From assembly GCA_027451365.1 (NCBI GenBank), contig DAIDJN010000019.1, positions 14,400 through 78,399 on the forward strand: a stretch of DNA of 64,000 nt. The letters are read 5' to 3'. The notes beneath the pieces are model-generated. The model did no database searches, had not been told where the DNA came from, and was given only the letters and a program-made list of their open reading frames with translations. The position numbers and the translations under genes are program-made. Shown here one piece after another: positions 42,398-52,907 of the stretch (position 1 is its first letter; the number at the start of each line of letters is the position of its first letter). This stretch comes from Phycisphaerales bacterium. GTDB lineage: Bacteria > Planctomycetota > Phycisphaerae > WQYP01.

Positions 42398-42913
42398 AAG
42401 CCTTTCCCTTTTCGCATCCGGTCCGCGCCTGACGCAAGCGGACCGTAACAAGAGATTATATTCGGTGAACCGCAATAACTGCGATTACAGTTCTTTATAG
42501 ACAGATACCCATTGAAACGGTGTATTATCGGACTTTATATGCCAAGGGCGCTGGCCGGGGCGTACACCGGGCAGAATCTTTTCTGTCGCGCGAAAAAAAT
42601 AATCCCAATTCAATCAGCGATTCATTTCCAGTAAATCGGCCGCCGCCGCCACGCGCAGTGCCGTGAAATGATTTTTATCAGTCGCGGAAATATGGGGCGT
42701 TGAAACAGGCAATTTACCCAATGAAATCATATTGCCCGTGCCAAACAGCTGCCGATAGTTTGTGCGGAGCCAAATTCGGCTCTTCTTGAATATCGCTGCC
42801 AGGCATCACTTCGCAACGGCCGCGATCAGATTAAAAATGTCCGTCCTTCAATCCGTGGAAGTTGCTTTTCCGCGGAATGTTTCGGAGGTTCGGTTCTAAA
42901 ATCAGGAGCAGTC

Positions 42914-43669
42914 ATGGCAGGTATTAAGAGAGTTACAGCACCGCAAGGCTTCACGCTGATGGAACTTCTGGTCGTTATCAGTATCATCGCACTTCTGATT
43001 TCGCTGCTGCTTCCGAGTTTAAGTCAGGCTCGTTCACTGGCCAATCGGGTTGACTGTGCATCCAATCTCCGGTCGATCGGTCAATGTATGCACATTTATG
43101 CCGACGAAAACCAGAACCAATATCCGGTTAATATGAAGAATTCCATTTTCACTTTTGGTCCGGTCGTGGCAGGTTACACCAAAACCTTCCAGCCGATCCC
43201 GGGCAGTTTCGGAGCGCTGTACACCAACGGCATCCTCACCAATTCCACTATGTTGTACTGCACCCAGCCGGGCTTTTTCGGACCGGCCATGGCCCATTAC
43301 AACCTGTATCTCCCGACGGAAGTGGAATCTGGCGCTCCAATCAGTTGGTGGAGCATTTATTATGGCTATTCCTACTGGTATCAGCAGCAGCCGGGCAATC
43401 CGTTTTCGCCAAATGCTCTGACCAATCCGAATATTCAGTACACCCAAATTGTCAACGACAGCCCGAATACAATTCTGGCTTCGGATATCACCGCCAATCT
43501 GGCTGGCAATTGGAACTGGCCATATAACATGCCTACATCCAATCACGTAAGCGGCAACAACGGCAAGCCGGATGGTGGAAATATCTTGAAAAATGACGGT
43601 TCCGTCAATTGGAAAAATATTGGTGATATGTCGGTCGGACGCAGTTGGATTTTCAATTATTATCAGTAA
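42914..43669 (+). CDS. Prepilin-type N-terminal cleavage/methylation protein with H-X9-DG-like C-terminus
   Basis: [34 protein letters not shown] and NH...[20 protein letters not shown]. Confidence 0.93.
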   Translation: MAGIKRVTAPQGFTLMELLVVISIIALLISLLLPSLSQARSLANRVDCASNLRSIGQCMHIYADENQNQYPVNMKNSIFTFGPVVAGYTKTFQPIPGSFGALYTNGILTNSTMLYCTQPGFFGPAMAHYNLYLPTEVESGAPISWWSIYYGYSYWYQQQPGNPFSPNALTNPNIQYTQIVNDSPNTILASDITANLAGNWNWPYNMPTSNHVSGNNGKPDGGNILKNDGSVNWKNIGDMSVGRSWIFNYYQ

Positions 43670-43715
43670 GGCTGTGCCCCACCGCTGCAACACTATTTAA
43701 CAGCTATTCATCCAG

Positions 43716-43749
43716 AAGGGGCCGGACCGCACAGGTCCGGACTCCTTTT
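43716..43749. terminator. Probable terminator hairpin between convergent genes
   Basis: AAGGGGCCGGACC-gcaca-GGTCCGGACTCCTTTT between the stops at 43669 (+) and 43752 (-). Confidence 0.55.
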
Positions 43750-43751
43750 GT

Positions 43752-44480
43752 TTATACGCCGGTCCTTGGCATAGACAGATCGCCAAAACCGATCAGCCTT
43801 ATGCCACGAGCCATGATGGCGTTGCGTACTGCCGGATCGCAAAGCGTCCGAACTTCAGTTAATCGTTCCTCGCGATACTGGGATTTTATTGTCAGATCCA
43901 GCCCCGGATGACAGCTCAATTCGGTCACGCCCTGGTCAAGTTTTTGCAGAATCCACACCATTCCCTTCACGCTGATATTCTCCGGCGTCGGTTCCAGATA
44001 TTCATTTTGTCCAAAAAACGCGCCCCAGAACCGGACGTACGGGTCGGCACCGCGCAGCACCACACCGAGTTCTCTTGCCAGCCGTTGCATTTCAGCGCCC
44101 GCCGCCGGACCTTTGTGCACGTGCTGATGTGAATCCAGGTGGGTCGGATTGGTGCCGGTTAACTGACGGAATCGATCCAGTTGCCGGCAAATTTCGTCGC
44201 GCACTGATGTCGGGTCATGTGTGGGAACAACTTCATAAATTGTTTTCCATTCGCCGTGGGAAAATATCCATTCGCCCAGCTCCACATGCAGGCCGAGGCT
44301 CAAATGGCCGTCGTCTCGCCAAAGCTCAACAGCTTCCAGTGCCGCCGGTGATCGGACCATCAGGCTGGCGCTGGTCAGAATTCCGTCGCGGCGGCATTTC
44401 ATAATGCCGGCATTGGTCAATGAGCTAAGGCCGAAATCGTCCGCATTCACGATAAGTTGAGGCGCTGAACCTGCATGCAC
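43752..44480 (-). CDS. ChbG/HpnK (YdjC) family carbohydrate deacetylase
   Basis: LIVNADDFG, LTSASLMV, LGLH, PTHLDSHQHVH, TELSCHPG, R..E...L. Confidence 0.93.
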   Translation of the reverse strand: MHAGSAPQLIVNADDFGLSSLTNAGIMKCRRDGILTSASLMVRSPAALEAVELWRDDGHLSLGLHVELGEWIFSHGEWKTIYEVVPTHDPTSVRDEICRQLDRFRQLTGTNPTHLDSHQHVHKGPAAGAEMQRLARELGVVLRGADPYVRFWGAFFGQNEYLEPTPENISVKGMVWILQKLDQGVTELSCHPGLDLTIKSQYREERLTEVRTLCDPAVRNAIMARGIRLIGFGDLSMPRTGV

Positions 44481-44485
44481 TTCGG

Positions 44486-45661
44486 TTAAACTCCAATCTG
44501 CCGCATGACTTTGGCTAGAACCTTAGGCGCGGAAAAATATTCTTCTGCTATGTCCCTTGCGGCACGGCAGTTGCCGGCGTAATCGCGCCGAATTTCAGCA
44601 ACCGCATGCGCAATATCCTCCATGGTTTCAAATGCAAACAGCCCCCGACCTGTCGGCAGGTGATTGCCAAACCCGGTCTGTTGATTGATGACGGGCCGGC
44701 CTGCCGCCAGGTAGCAGGCACTGCGGTCCGAAAACCAGCCGCTGCGCAGCCGGATATTCTGATCCTTGGCCACGCTGAATTCTCCACGCGATCCCCGAAT
44801 ATAATCGCGGTAACGGGCCATATCCCGTGAAAGATGGACCGGATCCCGCAACGTCCAGCCGTGATCCGTCAGAAGGCGGCGGGTTGGTTCATCCACGCCG
44901 GCGGCGATTTCAAATGCGGCACCGGTGATTTGCGGGGCCTGAAGAAATTTTAAGAATTCGCGGTCCTTGGACCAGTAATAGGTTTCGCCGGCATATTCAA
45001 TGTCCCGACCTTTGTTCCGCCAGGTGGCGATTGTATTAAACGATTCTCCAGCTTCGGAAGGCTTGCTGTTCCAGAAGTCCAGCACCACAGGCTGGCGCGT
45101 GGAATGCCACTTGTAGCGCCCGGTCGGCAGTCGGCAATCCGGGCATCCCAGGTTTTCACCATAAGTGAAATGATGCGTATGTGCATCCAGCGCTGCAATC
45201 ACATTTTCGTTACCCTGTGCGATCTGAATCTGAGAAACGACCGGGTCGGTTTCCAGATACACCCGGATGGGGCAATCCAGATGTTCCGTGCGAAGTTCCT
45301 GCGCACCCGTGACGTTAAGAATAATGTCCGCGGTTTTATACAACTCCGCCAGCCGCTGTTCGGTTTGACCGTAACATTTTCCACCTTCGTAATGACCGCG
45401 GAAAATCCATCTGTCGGCCAGGCCGTGTTCCTTGAGAATCGGTACGATGGCGGCAATGTTGGCGTCGGCATCCGGTGTGCTGTCGCCGAGTGTCGGGCTG
45501 TAAACCCAGCGGGCGGAATCTTCCACGTACCAGGGATCAAACCCCAGTTGGCGCAGGCCCAGCATAAAATGCAGAAATTGCCAGGTTACTCCGGCCAGTG
45601 GATACCAGAACAAAATGCCACACACAATGATGCGCGGTCGCCGGCGCAATGGGTCAGTCAT
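44486..45661 (-). CDS. Glycosyltransferase-like protein (GT-B-like C-terminus)
   Basis: Start reassigned to ATG 45661 (MTDPLRRRP; AGGAG RBS; overlaps the upstream stop). C-terminal YIRGSRGEFSVAK..SGWFSDRSACYLAAGRPV..TGF. Confidence 0.75.
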   Translation of the reverse strand: MTDPLRRRPRIIVCGILFWYPLAGVTWQFLHFMLGLRQLGFDPWYVEDSARWVYSPTLGDSTPDADANIAAIVPILKEHGLADRWIFRGHYEGGKCYGQTEQRLAELYKTADIILNVTGAQELRTEHLDCPIRVYLETDPVVSQIQIAQGNENVIAALDAHTHHFTYGENLGCPDCRLPTGRYKWHSTRQPVVLDFWNSKPSEAGESFNTIATWRNKGRDIEYAGETYYWSKDREFLKFLQAPQITGAAFEIAAGVDEPTRRLLTDHGWTLRDPVHLSRDMARYRDYIRGSRGEFSVAKDQNIRLRSGWFSDRSACYLAAGRPVINQQTGFGNHLPTGRGLFAFETMEDIAHAVAEIRRDYAGNCRAARDIAEEYFSAPKVLAKVMRQIGV

Positions 45662-46268
45662 GGTAATTCTCCTGTTGTTCGGCCGGCGCGTTTGCGGGGG
45701 CGATGGAACGAATGAATTTTGCCGGATTTCCCGCAAAAATGCAGTTTGGTGGCACCTGCCCGCCCACCACGGACCTGGCCCCAATAATGGTCCCGTCGCC
45801 AATGGTTGTGCCGGGCAGAATGCAGCAATCGAACCCAATCCACACATTGTTGCCGATGGTAACCGCTTTCGTCGCCTGTCCAGCGAATGCCTCCGGTGAC
45901 CGCGTGCCGGCGAACTGGCGCAACATGGCGCGTCGCCGGTCCGACCGGGGCGAGGCGCGGTAGGTATCCATAATAACCACGTTCCAGGACAGGAGACAGG
46001 AATCGCCAATGGTTACGCGCTGGTCGCAAATAAGCCATAACCCGTTGAGCAGCGTATTTTCGCCGGTTTGAAAACAGGCCTTGGTGCCCAGATCAAACAT
46101 GCAGCCCATATACGCGGATGAATTCGCGCCTAGAATCATGCCAACGGGCAGACGGCTGCGGTAAAACTGAAAGCTGTAGGTGGTTTCAAGATATGCGCCG
46201 GTCCGCAATTCCACGTTTTCCGGAATAACGCCCGGATGCCAGTCCCATGGAAGTGTGCGTGCGGTCAT
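45654..46268 (-). CDS. Hexapeptide-repeat acyltransferase
   Basis: VTIGNNVWIG..CCILPGTTIGDGTIIGARSVV...GNPAK; ATGA overlap with the upstream gene. Confidence 0.9.
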   Translation of the reverse strand: MTARTLPWDWHPGVIPENVELRTGAYLETTYSFQFYRSRLPVGMILGANSSAYMGCMFDLGTKACFQTGENTLLNGLWLICDQRVTIGDSCLLSWNVVIMDTYRASPRSDRRRAMLRQFAGTRSPEAFAGQATKAVTIGNNVWIGFDCCILPGTTIGDGTIIGARSVVGGQVPPNCIFAGNPAKFIRSIAPANAPAEQQENYHD

Positions 46269-46846
46269 GGCGTATCCACCGCTTTGGCAGGGTTCCCCGC
46301 GACGCAAGCGCCCGCGGCCACGTCACGCGTGACCACGCTGCCCGGGCCGATCCATGCGCCACGACCTATGCGGACGCCCTTGAAAATGGCACAATTCGGC
46401 CCGATCCAGACATCATCCTCTATTATGACCGGCGCGCGGCGTACCGGCGGACGCGGATTGCCCGCCCCCGCGGGCGAGCAGGCTACCGCATCGGCAATGC
46501 GCAGAGCCGGCTCGATGGGGTGAAAGTCGCTGTCGGCGATGACCGTGTTCCACCCGATTAATACATAGCTTCCTATGCATATATATTCTTCCGCCATCAG
46601 TACCGCACTGGTGAAGCAGCAGTAATCGCCTATGCGTATGCGGGCACCGGGTCCAATTGAAAACTGCACGCCATCCATCGTGGCATTTGCCCCGATAACC
46701 AGCGCATCGGGTTGCCGCGAGGCAACCCGGCGGAAGGCCGCCTTTCCGTTCACCACCGTGTTGTCGCCCAGCGTGACGCCGACGGGCAGTTGGCCGCCTT
46801 CCCAGGCGTTGGGGCGAGGGGGAGTCATGTCGTTCGCTGGATTCAT
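46265..46846 (-). CDS. Hexapeptide-repeat acyltransferase
   Basis: DSDFH, PVIIEDDVWIG..IFKGVRIGRGAWIG.GSVVTRDV..GNPAK. Confidence 0.92.
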   Translation of the reverse strand: MNPANDMTPPRPNAWEGGQLPVGVTLGDNTVVNGKAAFRRVASRQPDALVIGANATMDGVQFSIGPGARIRIGDYCCFTSAVLMAEEYICIGSYVLIGWNTVIADSDFHPIEPALRIADAVACSPAGAGNPRPPVRRAPVIIEDDVWIGPNCAIFKGVRIGRGAWIGPGSVVTRDVAAGACVAGNPAKAVDTP

Positions 46847-48732
46847 GGTTCTCCTGCCGCCGGAACGTCAGGCGGGAATTGCAGGTTATGCAGCGTGCGG
46901 TAAAGCCCCTTTCCCGCCAGCAACTGCTCATGCGTACCTGATTCCCGAATTTTTCCCTGTTCCAGCACCACAATTTTATCCACATGCCGCACCGTGCCAA
47001 GGTGATGAGAAATAACCACAGTGGTTCGGCCGGACATCAGCGTGCGCATGGTGGTTAGCAGGTCGGCTTCGGTCTGCGCGTCCAGACCGGTGGTCGGTTC
47101 ATCCAGAATAATGACAGGGGCATTCTTAAGGAATGCCCGCGCCAGTGAAAGCCGTTGCCGCTGGCCACCCGAAAGCAGCACGCCGCGTTCGCCGATGGGT
47201 GTTTCGAACCCCAACGGCATCCGGCTGATAAAATCCCAGGCCCCTGCGGCGCGGGCCGCGGCATGGACCTGTTCAATCGTGGCGCTGGGTTGCGAATAGG
47301 CAATATTTTCGCGGACGCTTACATCAAATAGAACCGGTTCCTGCGGCACGATGGTAATCTGCTCTCGCAGTGTTTGCAGTGTAATATTCTTCAGCGGTTG
47401 GCCATCCAGTAGAATCGTGCCGATTTGCGGGTCATAAAAACGTGGAATTAATGCCGCCAATGTGCTTTTGCCCGCACCCGATGCGCCCACAAGTGCCAGA
47501 GAGGTTCCCGCCGGAATGATCAGGTCGATGCCAGCCAGAACCGTCGAGTCCGGCCGATAGCCAAAGGTGACTTCCTTAAAATGAATTTCGCCGCGTGCCG
47601 GTGCTGTCAGCGGCCGGGCCGACGGAGAGTCGGATATGGCTGAACTCCGGTCAAGAATTTTGAAAACGCGGTGTGCACCGGCCACCGATCCCTGAATGGA
47701 TGATACGGTATAGGACAGCGTTTCCAGCGGCTTGAAAAGCAGGGCGGTATATCCGGCCAGCAGGACGACATCCCCCGGCGTCAATTGGCCATGAATGACA
47801 CGTTCCGCCGCCAGCCAAATGACCGTCGCGGTTCCCGCCGCCAGCAGCAGCGCTACTCCGCTTTGTGATGCGGTCTGAAGCACTGTTAGCCGCAGGCTCG
47901 CCAGCAGGCTGCGGCGGGCATCTTGTGCGAAATGGCCGGCTTCATGTGCCTCCCCGCCGAATGCCTGCACCGCCCGAATTCCCGTCAGCGTCTGCTGGAC
48001 ACGGGTGCTGACCAGGCTTTCATTTTCATGCACGCGGGTGGCAAAATCGGTGGTGGGCTTTTCCAGTCGCCGTACCATTATCAGGAGCAGCATTCCAACG
48101 ATCAGCGCCACAATGCCGATGCTCCAATCCTGACTGACCATCACCACGGAAATGCCCACCAGTGTGACCGCCGCCGATACACCGGGCACCAGCCCTTCAT
48201 TAAAAAGGCTCTGAACTGAATATGTGTCCCAGGTGACGCGGTAAAGCGAATCGCCCACGGTGGTTGCATCGTGAAAGCCCAGTTCCATTCGTTGAATATG
48301 TTCAAATACGCGGCAGCGCAGTTTGAACACCATCCGCAGGCCCGCGGAAATCAGCATCCAAGTGCTTAATACGCTGATTCCCGCCGCCAGAAGGCTGATC
48401 AGCACCAATGCAATGCACAAAACTGTAATCAATCCCGATTTTCCGGTTCCGATGGGAATGATCGCCGCAATAAAATGTTGCGTTCGTGATAAAAATTCCG
48501 GCGGTGCCGTTTTTGATGTCACACTGTCAATGATGAATTTCATCGGCCATGGCTGAAGAAGTCCCACCAGCGAACCACATAACATCAGGGCCATGCCTGT
48601 CAGCGTGCCGGTTCGCTCCCCGGGCATACACATTTTCAGAAGCCTGGCGGCTGTCACCAGAGATCCGGCGCGATGCGGATTGTGCGCGGCCGGGCGGCCG
48701 GCCGATGTAGAATCTTCCGCTGGCGCGTTCAT
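46843..48732 (-). CDS. ABC exporter, fused permease/ATPase (MsbA/NdvA-like)
   Basis: Multi-TM N-terminus, GASGAGKST, LSGGQRQR, ILDEPT, SHHL. Confidence 0.96.
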   Translation of the reverse strand: MNAPAEDSTSAGRPAAHNPHRAGSLVTAARLLKMCMPGERTGTLTGMALMLCGSLVGLLQPWPMKFIIDSVTSKTAPPEFLSRTQHFIAAIIPIGTGKSGLITVLCIALVLISLLAAGISVLSTWMLISAGLRMVFKLRCRVFEHIQRMELGFHDATTVGDSLYRVTWDTYSVQSLFNEGLVPGVSAAVTLVGISVVMVSQDWSIGIVALIVGMLLLIMVRRLEKPTTDFATRVHENESLVSTRVQQTLTGIRAVQAFGGEAHEAGHFAQDARRSLLASLRLTVLQTASQSGVALLLAAGTATVIWLAAERVIHGQLTPGDVVLLAGYTALLFKPLETLSYTVSSIQGSVAGAHRVFKILDRSSAISDSPSARPLTAPARGEIHFKEVTFGYRPDSTVLAGIDLIIPAGTSLALVGASGAGKSTLAALIPRFYDPQIGTILLDGQPLKNITLQTLREQITIVPQEPVLFDVSVRENIAYSQPSATIEQVHAAARAAGAWDFISRMPLGFETPIGERGVLLSGGQRQRLSLARAFLKNAPVIILDEPTTGLDAQTEADLLTTMRTLMSGRTTVVISHHLGTVRHVDKIVVLEQGKIRESGTHEQLLAGKGLYRTLHNLQFPPDVPAAGEP

Positions 48733-51272
48733 CGGCTGCTCCTGACTTCACATTCTCCCTCGCGCTGACGGCCGACAAACATGAAAATCATGGACAGGGC
48801 GCCGCCGGCATCCATACTTCCGCGCAGCATCATCAGCGCTGCAAGAATAAGCATGGGAATCGCTCCCGGCCAGCCTTTGGCGAACAGATCAAACAGGCCC
48901 AGCACCGCCAGAACGCAGATAATGACCAGATAAAGCTGCGGAAACACTGGCCACGTTCGCAGGCGCACGAGTTGTTTACCGGAACCATGTTCCTCAATTG
49001 CCATGCGCAGACGAATCGAACCAAACACACCGCTGCGCAGCGAAAGGTCCCAGCGGTCAAAATCACCGCCGCGCTGTACGCACAGGCCTTCAGTCTTCAG
49101 ATAGGCTTCAATTTCCGTCAACCGGTCATCCGTGCTTCGCCAGCGTTCCGACCAGATCGCAAATTCACGCGGTATTGGAATATCCAGGCCGCGCGGAAAT
49201 CGCATGCGCCAGGGGTTCAGTCCGCGGGAAAGTCGACCGCTTAAGCGGGCGACCGGTTGAATCAGATAGCACCACATCGTCAGCAGACGCAATTTAAACA
49301 ATTCGCTGCCGGTCCGGGGGATTTCGCTGAACGGACTGTACATCGCGCCGATCACCGCCTGAGTCACCGTGGCCCCGGCGGCGGCCACCAGCATCAGTCC
49401 CAGAAAAATTGGATGCCAGTAAAAGCCGGCCATGAATATCACGCTTAGCGCCAAAACCATCAGATACCATTCCGGCATCATGGCCAGAGACATAAGAACG
49501 CCCGGATTGCCATGATAAACAGACTGAAACAGCGCGCTGCCCCAGGACCCGTGGTAAATCCGCCGCCGGCCCCAGTTCAGAAATTGCCAGATTCCGCGTC
49601 CGTAAAGTCGACCATGCCAGGCTATATGTCCCATGCCATTGTATTTTTCCGGCCATTTTCTTTCCAGCATCGCCTCGGCTTTGCCGTAATTAAGCTGTTG
49701 CCGCCAATAGGCCCGAATGGAGTTGCGGCGCTTATGCCACACCACCGCGCCGGGGCTGAAGCCGAGTTTGCCACCGCGTTCCTGCAGGCGCCAGCATGCG
49801 TCCACATCGTCGCCGGCAATGCGGAAAGTTTCATCAAAACCGCCGACTGCGCGCAGCGCCTTGACCAGAAAGGCCATGTTGCACCCCGGAATATGTTCGG
49901 CTTCCGTGTCGGTCAGCAGGACGTGCAGCGGTCCGCCGGGGGAATGAGCCACTGCGTCCGCTGCCGCGCCGTCGCCGGCGGGCGCGATATTCGGACCACC
50001 GACGCCGACGAATTTTCCGCGGCGGAACGTCTCCACAATAAAGTGCAGCCAGTAGGGTTCCGGCGAGGCGTCATCATCCAGATATGCGATAATATCGCCT
50101 TGTGCGGCGGACAATCCAATGTTCCGCGCATGGCTTAAACCATGGTTGGTGGTTTGAATCAGACGCACCGGATATTCGCGGGCAATCGTGGCAACCGAAT
50201 CGCGAGATCCGTCGTCGACCACAATGACTTCAAAATCCGGATAGCGTAGTTTCTGCACGCCATCCAGGCAGAAACGCATCGTTCGCGAACCGTTGTAGGT
50301 GCAAATAACCAGCGATATTTTGGGCCATTTGACTTCCGGACCAAACGGAATTTTTCCGAAGGCGTCGGCCACCACCGGCAGCGCCGCCTTGGGCTTGCGG
50401 TCGCGCGTGGTAAGGCCGAAGGCCCATCCGGATATTTCCTCTCCGCCGCGAAACCATTCATCCGTCCAGGAAAAAATAATGGCTCCCGCGCAACCGCCGC
50501 GGAAAACCACGCGTATCTGCCAGGCCAGAATCGCGGCCTGTTCATGTTCCCCGCGGCTCAGGGAATCCAGGCCTATTTCCGCCAGCAGCAGTGGTTTGTC
50601 TCCGGCAATGTTATGCAGCCGACTGATATACCGCGATAGCTTTTCCCGCGTTTCAAGGTATACATTGAAGCCCAGAAAATCCAGAAATGGAAGATACAGA
50701 TATTCAGTAGTCGGGTAATTGACGTACGTTACCAGCGCTGTCGGGTCTTCCTGACGCACAACCTCGTACAGTCTATGCAGAAAAGTTTCCACACGCCGGT
50801 GGCCATACCAGCGGACAATTGGCGCGGGAATTTCATTTCCGATTGCGAAGCCAAGGACCGCTGGATGCCCCGCACAGGCGCGCACGCCCTGCCGGACCTT
50901 GTCCAAAATTTTTTCCCGTGTTTCCTGCATATCCAGGAATGCCAGATGTTCTTCCCAGGGCAGGCCCACCAGCACAAAAAGTTGATTTCGCCTGGCGATA
51001 TCCAGCAGCCAGCGCGGTGGTACCGTATAGACACGCACGGTGTTGATTCCGTTTGCGGCCATCAGCACAAAATCCCGTTCCACTTCCACCGGGGAATGGT
51101 ATTCACTGCCGTCCGCCTCCGGACAGAACGGGCCATACGTGGTGCCGCGCACCAGAAACGGCTCACCGTTAAGGTAAAAAAACTTGCCCCTGCTGATAAC
51201 GCGCTGCGGCTTGACGGCAGACTTCTGCGTATCCGCTTCATTAAATGCTGGGCTGTTGGAAACTTGCGCCAT
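48729..51272 (-). CDS. Fusion of a clan GH-A-like TIM-barrel domain, a GT2 glycosyltransferase and C-terminal TM helices
   Basis: N-terminal NGINTVRVY, FAIGNEIP, LLAEIG, FSWTDEW. GT2 motifs ICTYNG, VDDGS, GLSHARN, YLDDDA, GCNM, GDDVD, RQQ..YG. Confidence 0.88.
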   Translation of the reverse strand: MAQVSNSPAFNEADTQKSAVKPQRVISRGKFFYLNGEPFLVRGTTYGPFCPEADGSEYHSPVEVERDFVLMAANGINTVRVYTVPPRWLLDIARRNQLFVLVGLPWEEHLAFLDMQETREKILDKVRQGVRACAGHPAVLGFAIGNEIPAPIVRWYGHRRVETFLHRLYEVVRQEDPTALVTYVNYPTTEYLYLPFLDFLGFNVYLETREKLSRYISRLHNIAGDKPLLLAEIGLDSLSRGEHEQAAILAWQIRVVFRGGCAGAIIFSWTDEWFRGGEEISGWAFGLTTRDRKPKAALPVVADAFGKIPFGPEVKWPKISLVICTYNGSRTMRFCLDGVQKLRYPDFEVIVVDDGSRDSVATIAREYPVRLIQTTNHGLSHARNIGLSAAQGDIIAYLDDDASPEPYWLHFIVETFRRGKFVGVGGPNIAPAGDGAAADAVAHSPGGPLHVLLTDTEAEHIPGCNMAFLVKALRAVGGFDETFRIAGDDVDACWRLQERGGKLGFSPGAVVWHKRRNSIRAYWRQQLNYGKAEAMLERKWPEKYNGMGHIAWHGRLYGRGIWQFLNWGRRRIYHGSWGSALFQSVYHGNPGVLMSLAMMPEWYLMVLALSVIFMAGFYWHPIFLGLMLVAAAGATVTQAVIGAMYSPFSEIPRTGSELFKLRLLTMWCYLIQPVARLSGRLSRGLNPWRMRFPRGLDIPIPREFAIWSERWRSTDDRLTEIEAYLKTEGLCVQRGGDFDRWDLSLRSGVFGSIRLRMAIEEHGSGKQLVRLRTWPVFPQLYLVIICVLAVLGLFDLFAKGWPGAIPMLILAALMMLRGSMDAGGALSMIFMFVGRQREGECEVRSSR

Positions 51273-51332
51273 TCGTATTCTTTCGCCAAGACCCGCTATG
51301 CCGCCATCCTTGGCCGACTGCTTCCGGAGTAC

Positions 51333-52139
51333 TTAAAATGTCGTGCCGCGAATCGGCTCGCTGATCTTTGTTTTTGGCTTTTCCTGTTTGGCCGGCGGAT
51401 TCAACAAGTCACCGCCGATCTGCCAAAGCGCTGTTAATATACAGACGGAATATAAGCACCAGAAAAGCCATCCAGGCAAAGCCGAGTTCAGACATAACGC
51501 CCCCAGCAGTGAAATTAGCCACCCCGCCAGATTCCATTCTACCGTGCACAACGCCAACGGGAAAATGGCGATACTCGTCATCGCGCCTGGTGCGCACAAT
51601 GCCGCTATTACCGCGATATTTCCCCACAACCGCGAATGCGGCTTTCCCGCCGCCAGACGCCCTGCCAGCAGCACGCAAATGATAATCGCCAGCACGCCTG
51701 CTGACCAGCCAAACCCGTGGGTCAAGCGGCCCAGCACCAGCGGATGAAACACAAACAGCGCCAGCCACCACGGGCTTGCCGACCTCTGCCGAAGCAGTAT
51801 GGACATCCCCGCTGCCGCGGCTATCGTCAGTGTGCCGGTCACAATATTGCCGGCGGTCCGGTGCAACAACATTGCGGCGGTGCACAGCACCACCGATGCG
51901 GACATCAAAAGGGTGACACTCGGCGCCGCCGGGATTCGAATCGCGCCGCGCGGCGTCGAAAGTATCAGCCAGGCGATCAGCGTTAACCCGCAGAATTGCC
52001 CCGGTGTCAGCAGTGCATACCAGCCCTGATGGCCCATGACTACGATCGCGGCGGCAAAAATCATGACCGTTAGAATCAGGGCAACCCAAATCAACAGCCG
52101 CCGGACGGCGCTGCCGCGGGAAATTTCTTTTTGTTCCAT
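51333..52139 (-). CDS. Multi-pass membrane hypothetical protein
   Basis: Several consecutive hydrophobic segments. The WWLALFVFHPLV motif is faintly reminiscent of GT-C proteins. Confidence 0.6.
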   Translation of the reverse strand: MEQKEISRGSAVRRLLIWVALILTVMIFAAAIVVMGHQGWYALLTPGQFCGLTLIAWLILSTPRGAIRIPAAPSVTLLMSASVVLCTAAMLLHRTAGNIVTGTLTIAAAAGMSILLRQRSASPWWLALFVFHPLVLGRLTHGFGWSAGVLAIIICVLLAGRLAAGKPHSRLWGNIAVIAALCAPGAMTSIAIFPLALCTVEWNLAGWLISLLGALCLNSALPGWLFWCLYSVCILTALWQIGGDLLNPPAKQEKPKTKISEPIRGTTF

Positions 52140-52319
52140 TGTGAGCGTCAGAAATATTTCTCCGGAAAGGCCGGTATTCAGACAGCCGGTCCGCCCTGGC
52201 CACGCGCAGGTCTCCAAACCGGTTGCTCTGCGGGCGGTTGCAGCCGCCGACGCAGACCTTCATACACAATTTCCCAGGTCTGGTATTTTAAATGTCTCTG
52301 AAAGTTTCCCGGCCAACCG

Positions 52320-52907
52320 TCAGGCGTGAGTCACATGCGGAACCGTCGCGCCGCCATTCGGAGTGTGTGCCGCGTGTGTGCCGTGTGAACCGTGAGCCTT
52401 GGGTGCCAGAATCAGAATCATGCGCTTCCCTTCCAGTTTTGGCTCACGTTCCACCTTGGATACCGGGTCAAGTTCAGCCTTGAAGTGTTCAAGTATTTGC
52501 CGACCAAGTCCGACGTGGGCCATCTCGCGGCCGCGGAACATCAGGTTGAATTGTACCTTGTGGCCAGCGTCCAGAAATTTCCTGGCTTTATTAAGGGTGG
52601 TCGTCTGGTCGTGCGTATCAATTTTTACGCTCTTGATGCGCAGTTCCTTAAGTTGTTGAACGTGGGAACCCGCGTGTGATTTTTGCTCTTTTTTGCGCTG
52701 TTTGTATTTCCATTTGCCGTAATCCATGATGCGGCAAACCGGTGGGCGCTCCATCGGCGATACTTCCACCAGATCAAGCCCCGCTTCACGGGAAAGGCGC
52801 AGCGCTTCCATAATAGGCACGACACCCACTTGCTCGTTGAGTTCATTGATTAACCGAACCGGAGAGATGCGAATCTGCTCATTGCAACGTAAACCGTGCT
52901 GACTAAT
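52320..52907 (-). CDS. infC: Translation initiation factor IF-3 (ATT start)
   Basis: LDLVEVSP..PPVCRIMDYGK, FRGREMAH, P.LEGKRM. The frame extends upstream of the track's start as (I)SQHGLRCNEQIRISPVRLI from ATT 52907, with GGAG upstream. Confidence 0.96.
   Translation of the reverse strand: MSQHGLRCNEQIRISPVRLINELNEQVGVVPIMEALRLSREAGLDLVEVSPMERPPVCRIMDYGKWKYKQRKKEQKSHAGSHVQQLKELRIKSVKIDTHDQTTTLNKARKFLDAGHKVQFNLMFRGREMAHVGLGRQILEHFKAELDPVSKVEREPKLEGKRMILILAPKAHGSHGTHAAHTPNGGATVPHVTHA

Noticed and set aside
45662..46009. N-terminal extension of the 507-aa ORF 44486..46009
   Set aside because: It overlaps the acyltransferase gene in another frame; an RBS-backed ATG at 45661 is the better start.
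51409..52269. 286-aa alternative-frame ORF on the minus strand
   Set aside because: Arg/Gly-rich composition typical of an off-frame translation; the overlapping frame encodes a coherent membrane protein.
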